DNA from: Candidatus Eiseniibacteriota bacterium
GTDB taxonomy: Bacteria > Eisenbacteria > RBG-16-71-46 > JAFGJU01
Reading direction: 5' to 3'
Assembly: GCA_026388185.1 (NCBI GenBank)
Contig: JAPLKG010000008.1
Location: 273,149 to 337,148 of the forward strand
DNA length: 64,000 nt
Every line of letters begins with the position of its first letter. The stretch's first letter is position 1. Under the pieces are notes generated by a model. That model was not told the DNA's origin. It worked only from the letters and a program-made list of their open reading frames with translations, and did no database searches. This document shows positions 40,396 to 49,843 of this stretch, piece after piece. A program made the position numbers and the translations under genes.

Positions 40396-40625
40396 GACGA
40401 AGAGAATTTGCTACCTTCGTCATCTCTGGTGTGGTTATCTAGTAACCACCAAAGCCGCTTGATGTGCAATGTGCTTGCGTTTCAAGCCGGGATTGTGGTG
40501 ACACCGGTTTCAGACGGGAGTAGGCTCGCGAGGAGGGACGCAAGGGCCGTTTTTTTGCAGCCCAGTAACTGGTTGCAACGACTAGTATTAGAGAGTACGA
40601 AGAGGTAAGAGGATAAGCTCCGGCG

Positions 40626-40641
40626 TGGCACAGTTTGTGCT
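40626..40641 (+). promoter_or_regulatory. Candidate sigma-54 (-24/-12) promoter TGGCACA-N4-GTGC
   Basis: TGGCAC at 40626..40631, GC at 40639..40640 with the canonical GG-to-GC spacing; in the 400-bp leader upstream of the TonB-dependent receptor; rpoN is in this window. Confidence 0.35.
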
Positions 40642-40804
40642 CAAGACCTCTGCGAGAGAGTCTTTTCGCACTTTGTCAGTTTCACCCTCTTGCGCATAAG
40701 TCGTTTGCATGGGGTCGGGGCTCGCGCTCACGTCAAGAAGAAACCATTCAGGTTGTTCCAGTCTGTCGAATGTTGCGCGGCTGTAAGGAAAGGAGTGCGT
40801 GGAG

Positions 40805-43492
40805 ATGCGCCGTTGTCACAAGCTCTTAGTTCTGAGCCTGATGTGCGTCTTCGTTGTTTCAAGCCCTTCAATCAGCTTGGCCCAGGGCTCAGGGAAGATC
40901 GCAGGCAAAGTGGTGGACGCGGCTACAGGCCAGCCCCTTGCCTTCGCGAGCGTGGTTGTGCTCGGAACCACCCTGGGTGCGACGGCCCTTAGTGACGGCT
41001 CTTTCGTGATCAACAAGGTGCCAGTCGGAGTCCACTCCGTCAGGGCAATGATGATGGGCTACGACACTGCGACCAGGGCCGATCTCTCCGTCGATGCCGA
41101 CAGGACCAGCTCGGTAGAGTTTTCGCTACATTCGAAGGTAGCCGCAACACTTGACGAGATCAGGGTGAAGGGGCAGCGAGAGCAGATAGATTTCAAGAGT
41201 TCGTCAACGAAGCACGTGGTGGAAGCCAAGGAACTCACCCAACTGCCCGTCGACTCCTTCCAGGAAGCCATCGCCTTGCGGTCAGGGATAGTGGCACAGG
41301 GAGGAGAGCTGCACTTTAGGGGCGGCCGTACGAGTGAAGTCCTCTACATGGTCGACGGTATACCCGTTCGTGACCCTCTTGTCGGGGGGGCGGTTGACCT
41401 CGCCACCATGGCGATGTCCGAGTCCGAAATCCTGGTCGGCGGACTTGATGCCCAGTACGGCAACGCCCAGTCCGGCATTGTAAACGTGTCGACAAGAGAA
41501 GGCGGGAGCACTTTCTCGGGGGAGATGCGCTTTCTCACCGATGACTACGGAGCCAAGGACAAGACCTACGACAACTTCGATAGGATCAGCGTGGGTTTTG
41601 GCGGCCCGTTCTTCGTGAAGGACATGACTTACTTCATGTCCTACGACGGCACTTTCACCGATACCTATTTGAAGACTTCCGAGCTCCGATCTCGTTACAG
41701 GCTGTTGGACTTCATCTCGCTGGGTAACAGGCAGAATAATGAGTCCAAGTTCCAGGGCAAGTTGGCATACAACATCTCGAGCAACCACAAGCTGACTGCC
41801 GAGTACGTCCAGAACTACCAACTTTGGGACAGCTACCTGCACATGTGGAGCAGAGACGGCTACGTGCAGACTATGCCCGACACCGCGACGAGCGGCGAGA
41901 TCAAGACGCTATATGGAGATTGGTCATGGTACAAGGTTGATTCGACCTACGTTGCTTACAACCCTGCCGAGCACACGCCCGACAACCTTAATGAATTCCG
42001 CCAGCTCAAGTTGGTCTGGAAGCAGAAGATAAGACCGAATCTCTTCTACACGGCTAAGGTCAGTCGCCATTCGTACTATTTTGTCTCGAGCGTTCTTGGC
42101 AAGAAACCCTGGGAATACTCTATTCGCTATCCTCAATATTGGTACAACTGGATAGAGGGCACGGTGGAACCCTTCTACGTAACCCACGGTGACTTTCCCG
42201 CTTACACGGAGAGGGCCACGACCGTGTGGACCTCGGTGGGTGATGTCACTGCGACGCACAGAGGGCACACGCTGCAGTCGGGATACGAAGCGACGTACAA
42301 CGACATGAGACTCCTATCTATTCGTTATCCTGAGCAGACCAACGCCCAAGGTTTGTACGGGGCACTGAGGAGCGACTACCATTACTACAACCCCGAAGGA
42401 GCATTCTACGTCCAGGACAAGTGGGAACACGAGGGCATGGTGCTCAACATAGGGCTCCGGTATGACGTTTTCTCAGTGGGAGATCAGATAGACGCCTCCG
42501 AGATCACGGACAGGGTCAAGGATCAGATCAGCCCCAGGATCGGGATCGCGTATCCGATTTCTGATAGGGACGTTCTTAGTTTCCACTACGGCCGTTACTA
42601 CCAGATTCCGAACAGACAATACATCTTCGAGGACAGGGCAAGCACGAGTGCGGTCATCACCAGAGGTAACCCGGACCTCACGAACGAAACGACCGTTTCT
42701 TATCAGGCCGCCGTTCAGCACATGTTCACAAGCACGGTGTTCGGGCAGTTTTCCGTCTACTACAAGGACATCTTTGGATTGCTTTCCGCCCAAGAAAGGG
42801 TTGTGGCGGACAGTCCGCAGCCGGTGTACGTATATGTGAATCAGGACTACGCTTCCAGTAGAGGTTTCGAGCTTACCCTCAGAAAACGTTTCAGTTACAA
42901 CTTCGCAGGAGAGCTTTCATACACGTACGGGCTTGCCACCGGTGTGGCGTCTGATCCCGACGCGCAGACGAGAACGCCGTTCCTCTATCTGCCGATCGCA
43001 GAGCAACCGCTCGACTGGGACCAGAGGCATACTGTGAGCGCACAGCTCCAAGTGAGTGTGCCTGAAGAGTGGAGCGTCAGCTTCGTTTGGAGATACGGCA
43101 CGGGGTTCCCGTATACGCCTGTCAGCAGAGACCAGAGGGTGCAGGATCCCTCTTTGGTCAATTCCAAGAGACTTCCCAGCTCGACCACTCTGGACATGCA
43201 GGCCGACAAGACTTACAGACTTTGGGGGCAGCACCTTACGGTATTTATGCAAGCCATGAATCTGCTTGACGCCAAGAACATTGCAGATCTGGCACCGACG
43301 AACTGGCCCGTCTCGCCATATAGCGACACGGACGACTACATAATCTACTACACGGAGACCGGAAGAGCCGGCGGAGCGTATAACGCAGGAGACGTCAACG
43401 GTGATGGTCTGGACGATTATTACCCCGTCAACGATCCTCGCGTGTGGGACGAAGGCACTTCTGTGAGGATAGGCGTAGGGATTCAGTTTTAG
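40805..43492 (+). CDS. TonB-dependent outer-membrane receptor with N-terminal carboxypeptidase-regulatory-like domain (SusC-like architecture)
   Basis: Signal peptide, GKIAGKVVDAATGQPLAFASVVV... domain, plug domain, long barrel ending in Phe. Confidence 0.8.
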   Translation: MRRCHKLLVLSLMCVFVVSSPSISLAQGSGKIAGKVVDAATGQPLAFASVVVLGTTLGATALSDGSFVINKVPVGVHSVRAMMMGYDTATRADLSVDADRTSSVEFSLHSKVAATLDEIRVKGQREQIDFKSSSTKHVVEAKELTQLPVDSFQEAIALRSGIVAQGGELHFRGGRTSEVLYMVDGIPVRDPLVGGAVDLATMAMSESEILVGGLDAQYGNAQSGIVNVSTREGGSTFSGEMRFLTDDYGAKDKTYDNFDRISVGFGGPFFVKDMTYFMSYDGTFTDTYLKTSELRSRYRLLDFISLGNRQNNESKFQGKLAYNISSNHKLTAEYVQNYQLWDSYLHMWSRDGYVQTMPDTATSGEIKTLYGDWSWYKVDSTYVAYNPAEHTPDNLNEFRQLKLVWKQKIRPNLFYTAKVSRHSYYFVSSVLGKKPWEYSIRYPQYWYNWIEGTVEPFYVTHGDFPAYTERATTVWTSVGDVTATHRGHTLQSGYEATYNDMRLLSIRYPEQTNAQGLYGALRSDYHYYNPEGAFYVQDKWEHEGMVLNIGLRYDVFSVGDQIDASEITDRVKDQISPRIGIAYPISDRDVLSFHYGRYYQIPNRQYIFEDRASTSAVITRGNPDLTNETTVSYQAAVQHMFTSTVFGQFSVYYKDIFGLLSAQERVVADSPQPVYVYVNQDYASSRGFELTLRKRFSYNFAGELSYTYGLATGVASDPDAQTRTPFLYLPIAEQPLDWDQRHTVSAQLQVSVPEEWSVSFVWRYGTGFPYTPVSRDQRVQDPSLVNSKRLPSSTTLDMQADKTYRLWGQHLTVFMQAMNLLDAKNIADLAPTNWPVSPYSDTDDYIIYYTETGRAGGAYNAGDVNGDGLDDYYPVNDPRVWDEGTSVRIGVGIQF

Positions 43493-43539
43493 AGAGTTGG
43501 CTCTTGTGCACCTTCTAAGAGTCTGATGGAGGTCAGGAA

Positions 43540-46002
43540 ATGAGTTTCGTCAAGCGGGTGATGCCGCCGAGCTTCTTCGTCGTCTGTGGGTTGGTGGTGG
43601 GTGTGATGCTGGCTGCCAACCCTTGCCTTGCCCGGGGGCCTATGGACGATCCTTTTGAAGGTGTTCCCGGTGCGCAAGGAATCTACTGCTTAAGGCCTCC
43701 CAACGTCTACACACACGACGTTGGAAAGGTGACGCTCCAGGTCACAAACCTTGGCTTTTTCGGCAATCCTTACATCGAGGCCATCTCGATGGGTTGGCGG
43801 GGTGGAGAGTATCTTTACGTGGCAGGGTTGTGGATAGGGGCAATGGACGAAGACAATGTTCCTCACGTGTCCACGGCCGCGTATCAGGCGGAATTCAGAC
43901 CCAGCATGAACACTCTTGACCACATTTACGTCTCCTACGAAGGCATGCCTGGCGGCAAGAGGTATGGACTCGGGAATAGCAGCGGTGACGACGACGGCGA
44001 TGGGAAGGTTGACGAAGATTTCCAGGACGGTTATGACAACGACGGCGACGGCAAGATTGACGAGGACTTCGGGGCCATCGGCCAGCAGATGTTCTCGTGC
44101 GTATACAGAGATGACACTCCGGAGGCCAGGGCCTCTTACACCGAGCACGTGCCCTGGGGGCTCAAGGTGGAGCAAAGGAGTTTTGGTTGGGCCGTGAGCG
44201 GTTCCAACGAATTCATAGGTGTAGACTACAACATCTATCATGATGGTTCCGACGTCATGCGCAACGTCTACGTAGGCTTCTTCGTGGACGCGGACGCCGG
44301 GCCGAAGGGTCAGGAAAATCCCGGTTACTGGACAGACGATCTGGCCGGATACGCCGACACTCTTGTGCAGATATACGACGCCACGCAAATTGCGGGATGC
44401 GAGACTGACACTATTCGGATTCAAGTTGCATACATATGGGACGTTCCGGACAACGGCACGACTGCAAAGGGTGGGGACGTGGATGGAGCCGTAGGTGTTA
44501 TGTTTCTCGGCCACAAGACCGATCGCACCGGCGTAACCGCTCCCGAGTCGGTCAAGGTCGCCACTGTCCGATGGTTCAGTTCGACGGCGCCTTACCCGGA
44601 AGGCGACCCCGGAACCGACCCTGAGCGATACGACCTCATGGCCAGCCGTCGGATTCCGAGTCGAAACGCCACCACTCCAAACGACTACAGATTCCTGCTC
44701 TGCGCCGGGCCTTTCCCGGTTGTTTCGCCGGGAGATGTTCTTCCCTTCCAGGTGGCCTTCGTGGTCGGCAAGGGCTTTGACGGAATGCTGGAGAACGCGA
44801 TAGCGGCTCAGAGAATTTACAACGGCCAGTACTACAGCATGGACCCCAGCGCTACGTGGGGCTGGAACGGCAAGGAATCGCTGGTCAAGTGCGAAGGGGT
44901 GGGGTGCTACCAGTGCGTGGATGATGATTGCGACTCGCTCACTTCCTGCGTGATCATAAAGACGGGACAACAGGTCGCCGCCGATCTGGATTGCGACCTT
45001 TGCACCGGCGTCGCTGGCAAGGAAAGCCTTGTCCACTGGGTGGGTTCCACCGCGCCGCCGCCCCCTATTTGGAATGACGATCCTACTCTCTGGAATGATG
45101 ATCCAACCGATGATCCTGTTCCGCCCGCTGCTACGGCGTCGATGGTTGGCCCTGCCGGCGACAAGAAAGTCGTGCTGCAATGGGACAACTCGAGTGAGAT
45201 AGTGCCCGATCCTCTTTCTGCAAAGCTGAGGTTTGAGGGATACAGAATCTGGAAGGCCGCAAACTGGAAGCGGCCCGTGGGCGAAGTGGGTCCTTCCACC
45301 GACCTGTGGATGTTGATGGGAGACTTTGCGTATCATCCTATTGACAGTCTGGGCGCGAATTCTCCCAAGTATCTGGGCAACACCAGGGAATGGGGTGAGA
45401 ACATCGCGTACGTCATCTGCGACACGTCTCTTGCATATTATGACTCGGACACACTCGCACTTCCTGGAGAGGAGGGTGAGGAACCGGACACCGTGATAGT
45501 GCATCACTATCCGGTGGGCAGGTACACGTTCACTGACCCCAATGTGATCAACGGGATGATCTACTTCTACAGCATTACGCCGTATGCGAAATGGTTTGAC
45601 ACTGCTTCGCAGGAGTGGATTGAGATTCAGACTCAGCCTGCTGCCACCGAGAACATTGCCATAATTCCGAGGGCAAACGCCCAGGACAAGCTTGGAAAGG
45701 TCACGGTAGTGCCGAATCCGTACGTGGGAGCCGCGGCGTGGGATCTGACCCCCAGCGACACTGACCCGACCGGCACCAAGATAGGCTTTTTCGGCCTGCC
45801 GAAGTGCAAGAGCACTCTTCGCATTTTCAGCCTATCGGGTGATCTGATCAGAGAGATGGCTCACGACGGTTCTGACGGCAACGGGACAATCTACTGGAAC
45901 ATGGTCACGAGAAACGGGCAGGACGTGGTGAGTGGAGTCTACCTGTTCTCCGTGGAGAGTGATTGGGGAACGTACGTAGGGAAATTCGTTATAATCAGAT
46001 AG
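43540..46002 (+). CDS. Large secreted protein with Asp-rich calcium-binding-like repeats and a T9SS-type C-terminal sorting domain
   Basis: Signal peptide; DDDGDGKVDEDFQDGYDNDGDGKIDEDF; Cys-rich block; C-terminus ...TLRIFSLSGDLIREMAHDGSDGNGTIYWNMVTRNGQDVVSGVYLFSVESDWGTYVGKFVIIR resembles Por/T9SS CTDs. Confidence 0.55.
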   Translation: MSFVKRVMPPSFFVVCGLVVGVMLAANPCLARGPMDDPFEGVPGAQGIYCLRPPNVYTHDVGKVTLQVTNLGFFGNPYIEAISMGWRGGEYLYVAGLWIGAMDEDNVPHVSTAAYQAEFRPSMNTLDHIYVSYEGMPGGKRYGLGNSSGDDDGDGKVDEDFQDGYDNDGDGKIDEDFGAIGQQMFSCVYRDDTPEARASYTEHVPWGLKVEQRSFGWAVSGSNEFIGVDYNIYHDGSDVMRNVYVGFFVDADAGPKGQENPGYWTDDLAGYADTLVQIYDATQIAGCETDTIRIQVAYIWDVPDNGTTAKGGDVDGAVGVMFLGHKTDRTGVTAPESVKVATVRWFSSTAPYPEGDPGTDPERYDLMASRRIPSRNATTPNDYRFLLCAGPFPVVSPGDVLPFQVAFVVGKGFDGMLENAIAAQRIYNGQYYSMDPSATWGWNGKESLVKCEGVGCYQCVDDDCDSLTSCVIIKTGQQVAADLDCDLCTGVAGKESLVHWVGSTAPPPPIWNDDPTLWNDDPTDDPVPPAATASMVGPAGDKKVVLQWDNSSEIVPDPLSAKLRFEGYRIWKAANWKRPVGEVGPSTDLWMLMGDFAYHPIDSLGANSPKYLGNTREWGENIAYVICDTSLAYYDSDTLALPGEEGEEPDTVIVHHYPVGRYTFTDPNVINGMIYFYSITPYAKWFDTASQEWIEIQTQPAATENIAIIPRANAQDKLGKVTVVPNPYVGAAAWDLTPSDTDPTGTKIGFFGLPKCKSTLRIFSLSGDLIREMAHDGSDGNGTIYWNMVTRNGQDVVSGVYLFSVESDWGTYVGKFVIIR

Positions 46003-46042
46003 TCGGATCTGACGGTACCTGACAAAAGGAGGAGGTAAAGCC

Positions 46043-46978
46043 GTGAAAAGGCTTGCGACAATTGCTCTCTTACTACTGTTCATTCCTGCAACGTGTCTGG
46101 GCGCTGCCATATTCGAGAAAGTCGGAACCGTGGGCGGGCAATTTCTCAAGCTTGGGATAGGTGCCAGAGCTGCCGGAATGGGAGGAGCATACGTGTCGGT
46201 TGCAGATGATGCGACGGCCGTCTTCTGGAACCCTGCGGGTATAGCCCGCATTACGGGCAACGAGGTGTCGATCAACCACATGGTGATGCCTGCTGGCATA
46301 GCGTTCGACCAGCTTACGTACGTGTTCTCGTTAGGCTTCATCCCGGGCGCTTTTGCGGTCAATGCAAGGGCTCTAACGATGGACGACATGCCCCGCACCA
46401 CGGTTTTCTATCCCGGCGGCGACGGTACCTACTTCGACGCAGGTGACATGGCGTTCGGGCTTTCCTATGGGCGTTCACTGACCGACAAGTTCTCCGCGGG
46501 TGCGACCTTGAACGTGGTGAGGTCGGGTCTTGACGAGTATTCGGCTCAATCAAACACGATTGACTTTGGGACCATATACGACACCGGTTTCAGATCCATA
46601 AGGATTGGCATGTGCATCTCCAACACCGGCTCGGAAATGAAGTTCATTGACAGGGGCGTGAAGATGCCGGTGATATTCCGGGTTGGCATGTCCATGAGTG
46701 TTTTCCAGAACGGACCGCATTCCATACTCTCCGCCGCGGAGTTCTCGCATCCGCCCGATAACGCCGAGAGGGCGAACTGGGGAGCCGAGTATTCTTTCCA
46801 GGACTTCTTCTTTGCGCGCGCGGGGTACAATTTCAACTACGACAGTGACGGCGTTGCGTTCGGTGCAGGCTTCAAGTTTCCGGTGAGCGGAACTGCTGTC
46901 GCAAGGCTTGATTATGCATACACCGACTGGCAAACCCTTGGTGGACTTCACAGGGTTTCCATGGAGCTGTCCTTCTAG
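46043..46978 (+). CDS. Outer-membrane beta-barrel protein, PorV/PorQ-like (candidate T9SS shuttle component)
   Basis: Signal peptide; GIGARAAGMGGAYVSVADDATAVFWNPAGIA motif as I recall for PorV/PorQ; C-terminal ...SMELSF; adjacent to CTD cargo gene. Confidence 0.45.
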   Translation: MKRLATIALLLLFIPATCLGAAIFEKVGTVGGQFLKLGIGARAAGMGGAYVSVADDATAVFWNPAGIARITGNEVSINHMVMPAGIAFDQLTYVFSLGFIPGAFAVNARALTMDDMPRTTVFYPGGDGTYFDAGDMAFGLSYGRSLTDKFSAGATLNVVRSGLDEYSAQSNTIDFGTIYDTGFRSIRIGMCISNTGSEMKFIDRGVKMPVIFRVGMSMSVFQNGPHSILSAAEFSHPPDNAERANWGAEYSFQDFFFARAGYNFNYDSDGVAFGAGFKFPVSGTAVARLDYAYTDWQTLGGLHRVSMELSF

Positions 46979-47003
46979 TTGACGTCTTCTTTTGTCAGGT
47001 AAT

Positions 47004-47043
47004 GGAATGGGTGTCGTATCCAGCGACACCTATTCCATTTTCC
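47004..47043 (+). terminator. Rho-independent terminator
   Basis: 13-bp stem GGAATGGGTGTCG/CGACACCTATTCC (one G-U), 7-nt loop, then ATTTTCC, 26 nt after the barrel-gene stop. Confidence 0.7.
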
Positions 47044-47065
47044 GGGCTGAAAGGTAGCCAGTACC

Positions 47066-48565
47066 GTGATGGCGTCTCTGTCTGCAAGAACTCTTGTCCT
47101 GGCATTGGTGGTCTCAGCCTCTTGCGCTGTCGTAACGCCACTTAGTGCCGGAGGTTTTCCCGTTGAGGGCACGGGAGACATCGAGTTCCAGGCGGACTGT
47201 GCCAGCTTTCTTGGACCCGACGGTACGGTTGAAGAGGAATTCTATGTCAGGGTGCAGAGCGAGCAGCTCAACTTCGAGAGAAGAGGCAAGAAGAATGAAG
47301 CTCACGTGCTTCTGACAGTGACTTTCGTCAACGAGTTGGGAGACGCCTACGAGATCAAGAGCCGGGAGTTCACCCCCGATCTGGAGGACAAGCCTGCGCG
47401 GGATGACTCCAATCTCTTCATGGTGCGTTACCCGATAACTCCCGCCGCAAAAAAGGTCCTAATCACGCTCGAAGATTTGAGGGCGCGCAGGCGGGGCATT
47501 TTCTACCTGTTCACCAAGGAAAGAAGGAAGGGAATCGCTGAGGCTGACGTCGAGGTTTCTGTACCCCTTTCCGGGACTCTCTCCATGAGCGACATCCAAT
47601 TTGCGCGCTCCGTCAGTCCCAGTCAGTCGCAGAGTTCCGGATCCTTCGCGAAGAGCGGGCTTGACGTGATTCCGAATCCTACAAGAAGCTACGGTCTCCG
47701 AAGGGGAACGCTGTTTGCCTATTTTGAGGTCTACGATCAGACAGAATTCGCCCTCGAGAGGGGCAGAGTCTTCTACGACGTCGTGACGTCCATTCTGGAC
47801 GTTAACAGGGAAACAGCGCTCTCAGACACCCAGAAAATCGTGTCGTCTTCTCGGCAATGGGTGCACACGATAGCCTTGGACGTCTCAAAATTGCCGACCG
47901 GAAGCTACTGGTTCAGGACCGAAGTCTGCCAGCAAGAAGGACTGAATAGAATTCTGCGTCAGAGCCAATTCAATGTGCTCTGGCAGGACGCTTCCTGGCA
48001 GAGGAACGACAGCTACGTCCTCGATGAAGCCAGTCTCTTTCTTACCAACGGGCAGTACAAGGCGTTCAAGCGCATGAATGCCGGAGAGAGAGAAGGATTC
48101 CTCGACGGATTCTGGAGACGCCTGGACCCCACGCCCGGAACCGCGACAAATGAGGTCAGGGAGGAGTTCGATCGAAGGGTAGCCTACGCAAACGCCCAGT
48201 TTTCCTTCTTCACCAAGGGCATGCTGTCCGACCGCGGGCGGATCTACGTGAGATACGGAGAGCCGGACCTCATCGACAAGCAAGTCGTGCCGACGGCGGG
48301 AGACGCGGCAGATATTCTCCTGGATGCCACCCTGAGCACGGAACAGGAAAATCTGGACCGCAGAGGAATAACGCCGAGGCTTGTCGGAAATGACAAGAGA
48401 TCGTACGAAGTGTGGATATACAACATGAAGGGGAGGCCCCTGTTCTCGGGACAGGATCAGATGATGACGCAGTCGCTCGGGTTGAAGTTCGTATTTGTTG
48501 ACGACACAGGCGCTGGGAACTACGTGCTTGACTACAGCAGCGACCGCAGCAACAAGTACCGCTAG
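47066..48565 (+). CDS. GWxTD domain-containing secreted protein
   Basis: Signal peptide; C-terminal block FLDGFWRRLDPTPGTATNEVREEFDRRVAYANAQFSFFTKGMLSDRGRIYVRYGEPDL fits the GWxTD pattern with GMLSD in place of GWxTD. Confidence 0.6.
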   Translation: MMASLSARTLVLALVVSASCAVVTPLSAGGFPVEGTGDIEFQADCASFLGPDGTVEEEFYVRVQSEQLNFERRGKKNEAHVLLTVTFVNELGDAYEIKSREFTPDLEDKPARDDSNLFMVRYPITPAAKKVLITLEDLRARRRGIFYLFTKERRKGIAEADVEVSVPLSGTLSMSDIQFARSVSPSQSQSSGSFAKSGLDVIPNPTRSYGLRRGTLFAYFEVYDQTEFALERGRVFYDVVTSILDVNRETALSDTQKIVSSSRQWVHTIALDVSKLPTGSYWFRTEVCQQEGLNRILRQSQFNVLWQDASWQRNDSYVLDEASLFLTNGQYKAFKRMNAGEREGFLDGFWRRLDPTPGTATNEVREEFDRRVAYANAQFSFFTKGMLSDRGRIYVRYGEPDLIDKQVVPTAGDAADILLDATLSTEQENLDRRGITPRLVGNDKRSYEVWIYNMKGRPLFSGQDQMMTQSLGLKFVFVDDTGAGNYVLDYSSDRSNKYR

Positions 48566-48636
48566 CTTTTTGTCGCAGAAACGGGCTCCGCATCTCCCGG
48601 TGGTACTCCGCATTCCTGCGGCGCGCGGGTTTTCGC

Positions 48637-48666
48637 TTGACATTCCATGCCCGCCTCTCTTATACA
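48637..48666 (+). promoter_or_regulatory. Sigma-70-type promoter TTGACA-18 bp-TATACA
   Basis: Consensus -35 at 48637..48642, -10-like TATACA at 48661..48666, about 65 bp upstream of the pfk start. Confidence 0.45.
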
Positions 48667-48731
48667 TATTTCACCAATCTTGTGAGAACGGACGTCTTTT
48701 CCGTGTGGTTTTCTATTCGGTGGAGGTCAAA

Positions 48732-49769
48732 GTGAGGATTGCAATCCTGACCGGTGGTGGTGATTGTCCCGGTCTCAACGCTGTCATAAGGGCTGTGGTC
48801 AGGAGGACGTTTCAAAGCTACGGAGGTCAAGTTCTGGGCATAAGTGACGGGTGGGCGGGACTAATTGAGGGAAGGCTTTCCCCGCTGGACATGCGCGCAG
48901 TTTCTGGGATTCTTCCCAAAGGCGGGACTATACTGGGCACGTCCAGAACGAATCCGTTCAAGGTGGAACAAGGTGTGGAGAGGATCAGGGAAAATCTGGC
49001 GAAATTCGGCATCGAGGCCTTGATCGTGGTTGGAGGGGAAGACACCCTGGGCGTGGCCACCACACTTTTCGAAATGGGTTTCAAGATCGTCGGCGTACCG
49101 AAGACAATCGACAATGACCTCTCCGGGACGGACTACACCTTCGGATTTGACACGGCCGTGAACGTCGCCACTGAGGCCATAGACAGGCTCCACACCACTG
49201 CCGAATCCCACAACCGCGTCATGGTGGTGGAAGTCATGGGCAGGCACACGGGTTGGATAGCAGTGGAGGCCGGCATGGCAGGTGGGGCCGATGTCGTGCT
49301 GATACCCGAGATTCCCATCAGCGTGGACGAGGTCTGTAAGCTCATCGTGCAGCGTCATCAGAAAGGGAAGGACTTCAGTATCGTTGTCGTGGCGGAGGGC
49401 GCCAAATTCCAGGACAAGGACATCTCTCGCATGATTGTGCAGGACGAAAAGGTGGACGCCTTCGGTCATGTTCGTCTGGGCGGAATCGGTGCCATTCTGG
49501 CTCGTGCGATAGAGGAGAAGATAGGGTTCGAAACCAGGTACACGGTGCTGGGACACATACAGAGGGGAGGCACCCCGACGGCGTTCGACAGGGTCCTCGG
49601 GACTCGATTCGGCGTGGCCGCCGCCGACCTCGTGGCGAAGGGGGATTTCGGCAAGATGGTCAGCCTTCAGGGCAACAAGATCAGGGCCGTGGACCTCAAG
49701 GAAGCGATCGGCAAACTGAAGACGGTCGACATGGAGCTCTACGAGATGGCAACCATCTTCTTTGGTTAG
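48732..49769 (+). CDS. pfk: 6-phosphofructokinase, probably pyrophosphate-dependent
   Basis: GTG 48732 five nt after GGAGG; GGDCPGLNAVIR; GGEDT (Asp at the ATP/PPi discriminating position) and PKTIDND (Lys). Confidence 0.8.
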   Translation: MRIAILTGGGDCPGLNAVIRAVVRRTFQSYGGQVLGISDGWAGLIEGRLSPLDMRAVSGILPKGGTILGTSRTNPFKVEQGVERIRENLAKFGIEALIVVGGEDTLGVATTLFEMGFKIVGVPKTIDNDLSGTDYTFGFDTAVNVATEAIDRLHTTAESHNRVMVVEVMGRHTGWIAVEAGMAGGADVVLIPEIPISVDEVCKLIVQRHQKGKDFSIVVVAEGAKFQDKDISRMIVQDEKVDAFGHVRLGGIGAILARAIEEKIGFETRYTVLGHIQRGGTPTAFDRVLGTRFGVAAADLVAKGDFGKMVSLQGNKIRAVDLKEAIGKLKTVDMELYEMATIFFG

Positions 49770-49843
49770 ACGAAGCGGAGTGGACGGGTTTTTCGGGCCG
49801 CAATCGGGAAGTTACGACGACACGAAAAGCGAGGTATGGAAAA

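Noticed and set aside
40396-40804. Possible cobalamin or TPP riboswitch upstream of the TonB-dependent receptor
   Set aside because: I found no B12-box-like or TPP CUGAGA-type core motifs by eye; only a candidate sigma-54 element is reported. A covariance-model scan would be decisive.
43690-45507. 605-aa minus-strand ORF antisense to the T9SS-CTD cargo gene
   Set aside because: The + strand gene has a signal peptide, repeats and a CTD; the antisense translation is Arg/Gly/Val-rich with no features.
48495-48731. N-terminal 79-aa extension of the first pfk ORF
   Set aside because: Extension is low-complexity and overlaps the upstream gene's 3' end; GTG 48732 with GGAGG five nt upstream gives the conserved Pfk N-terminus.
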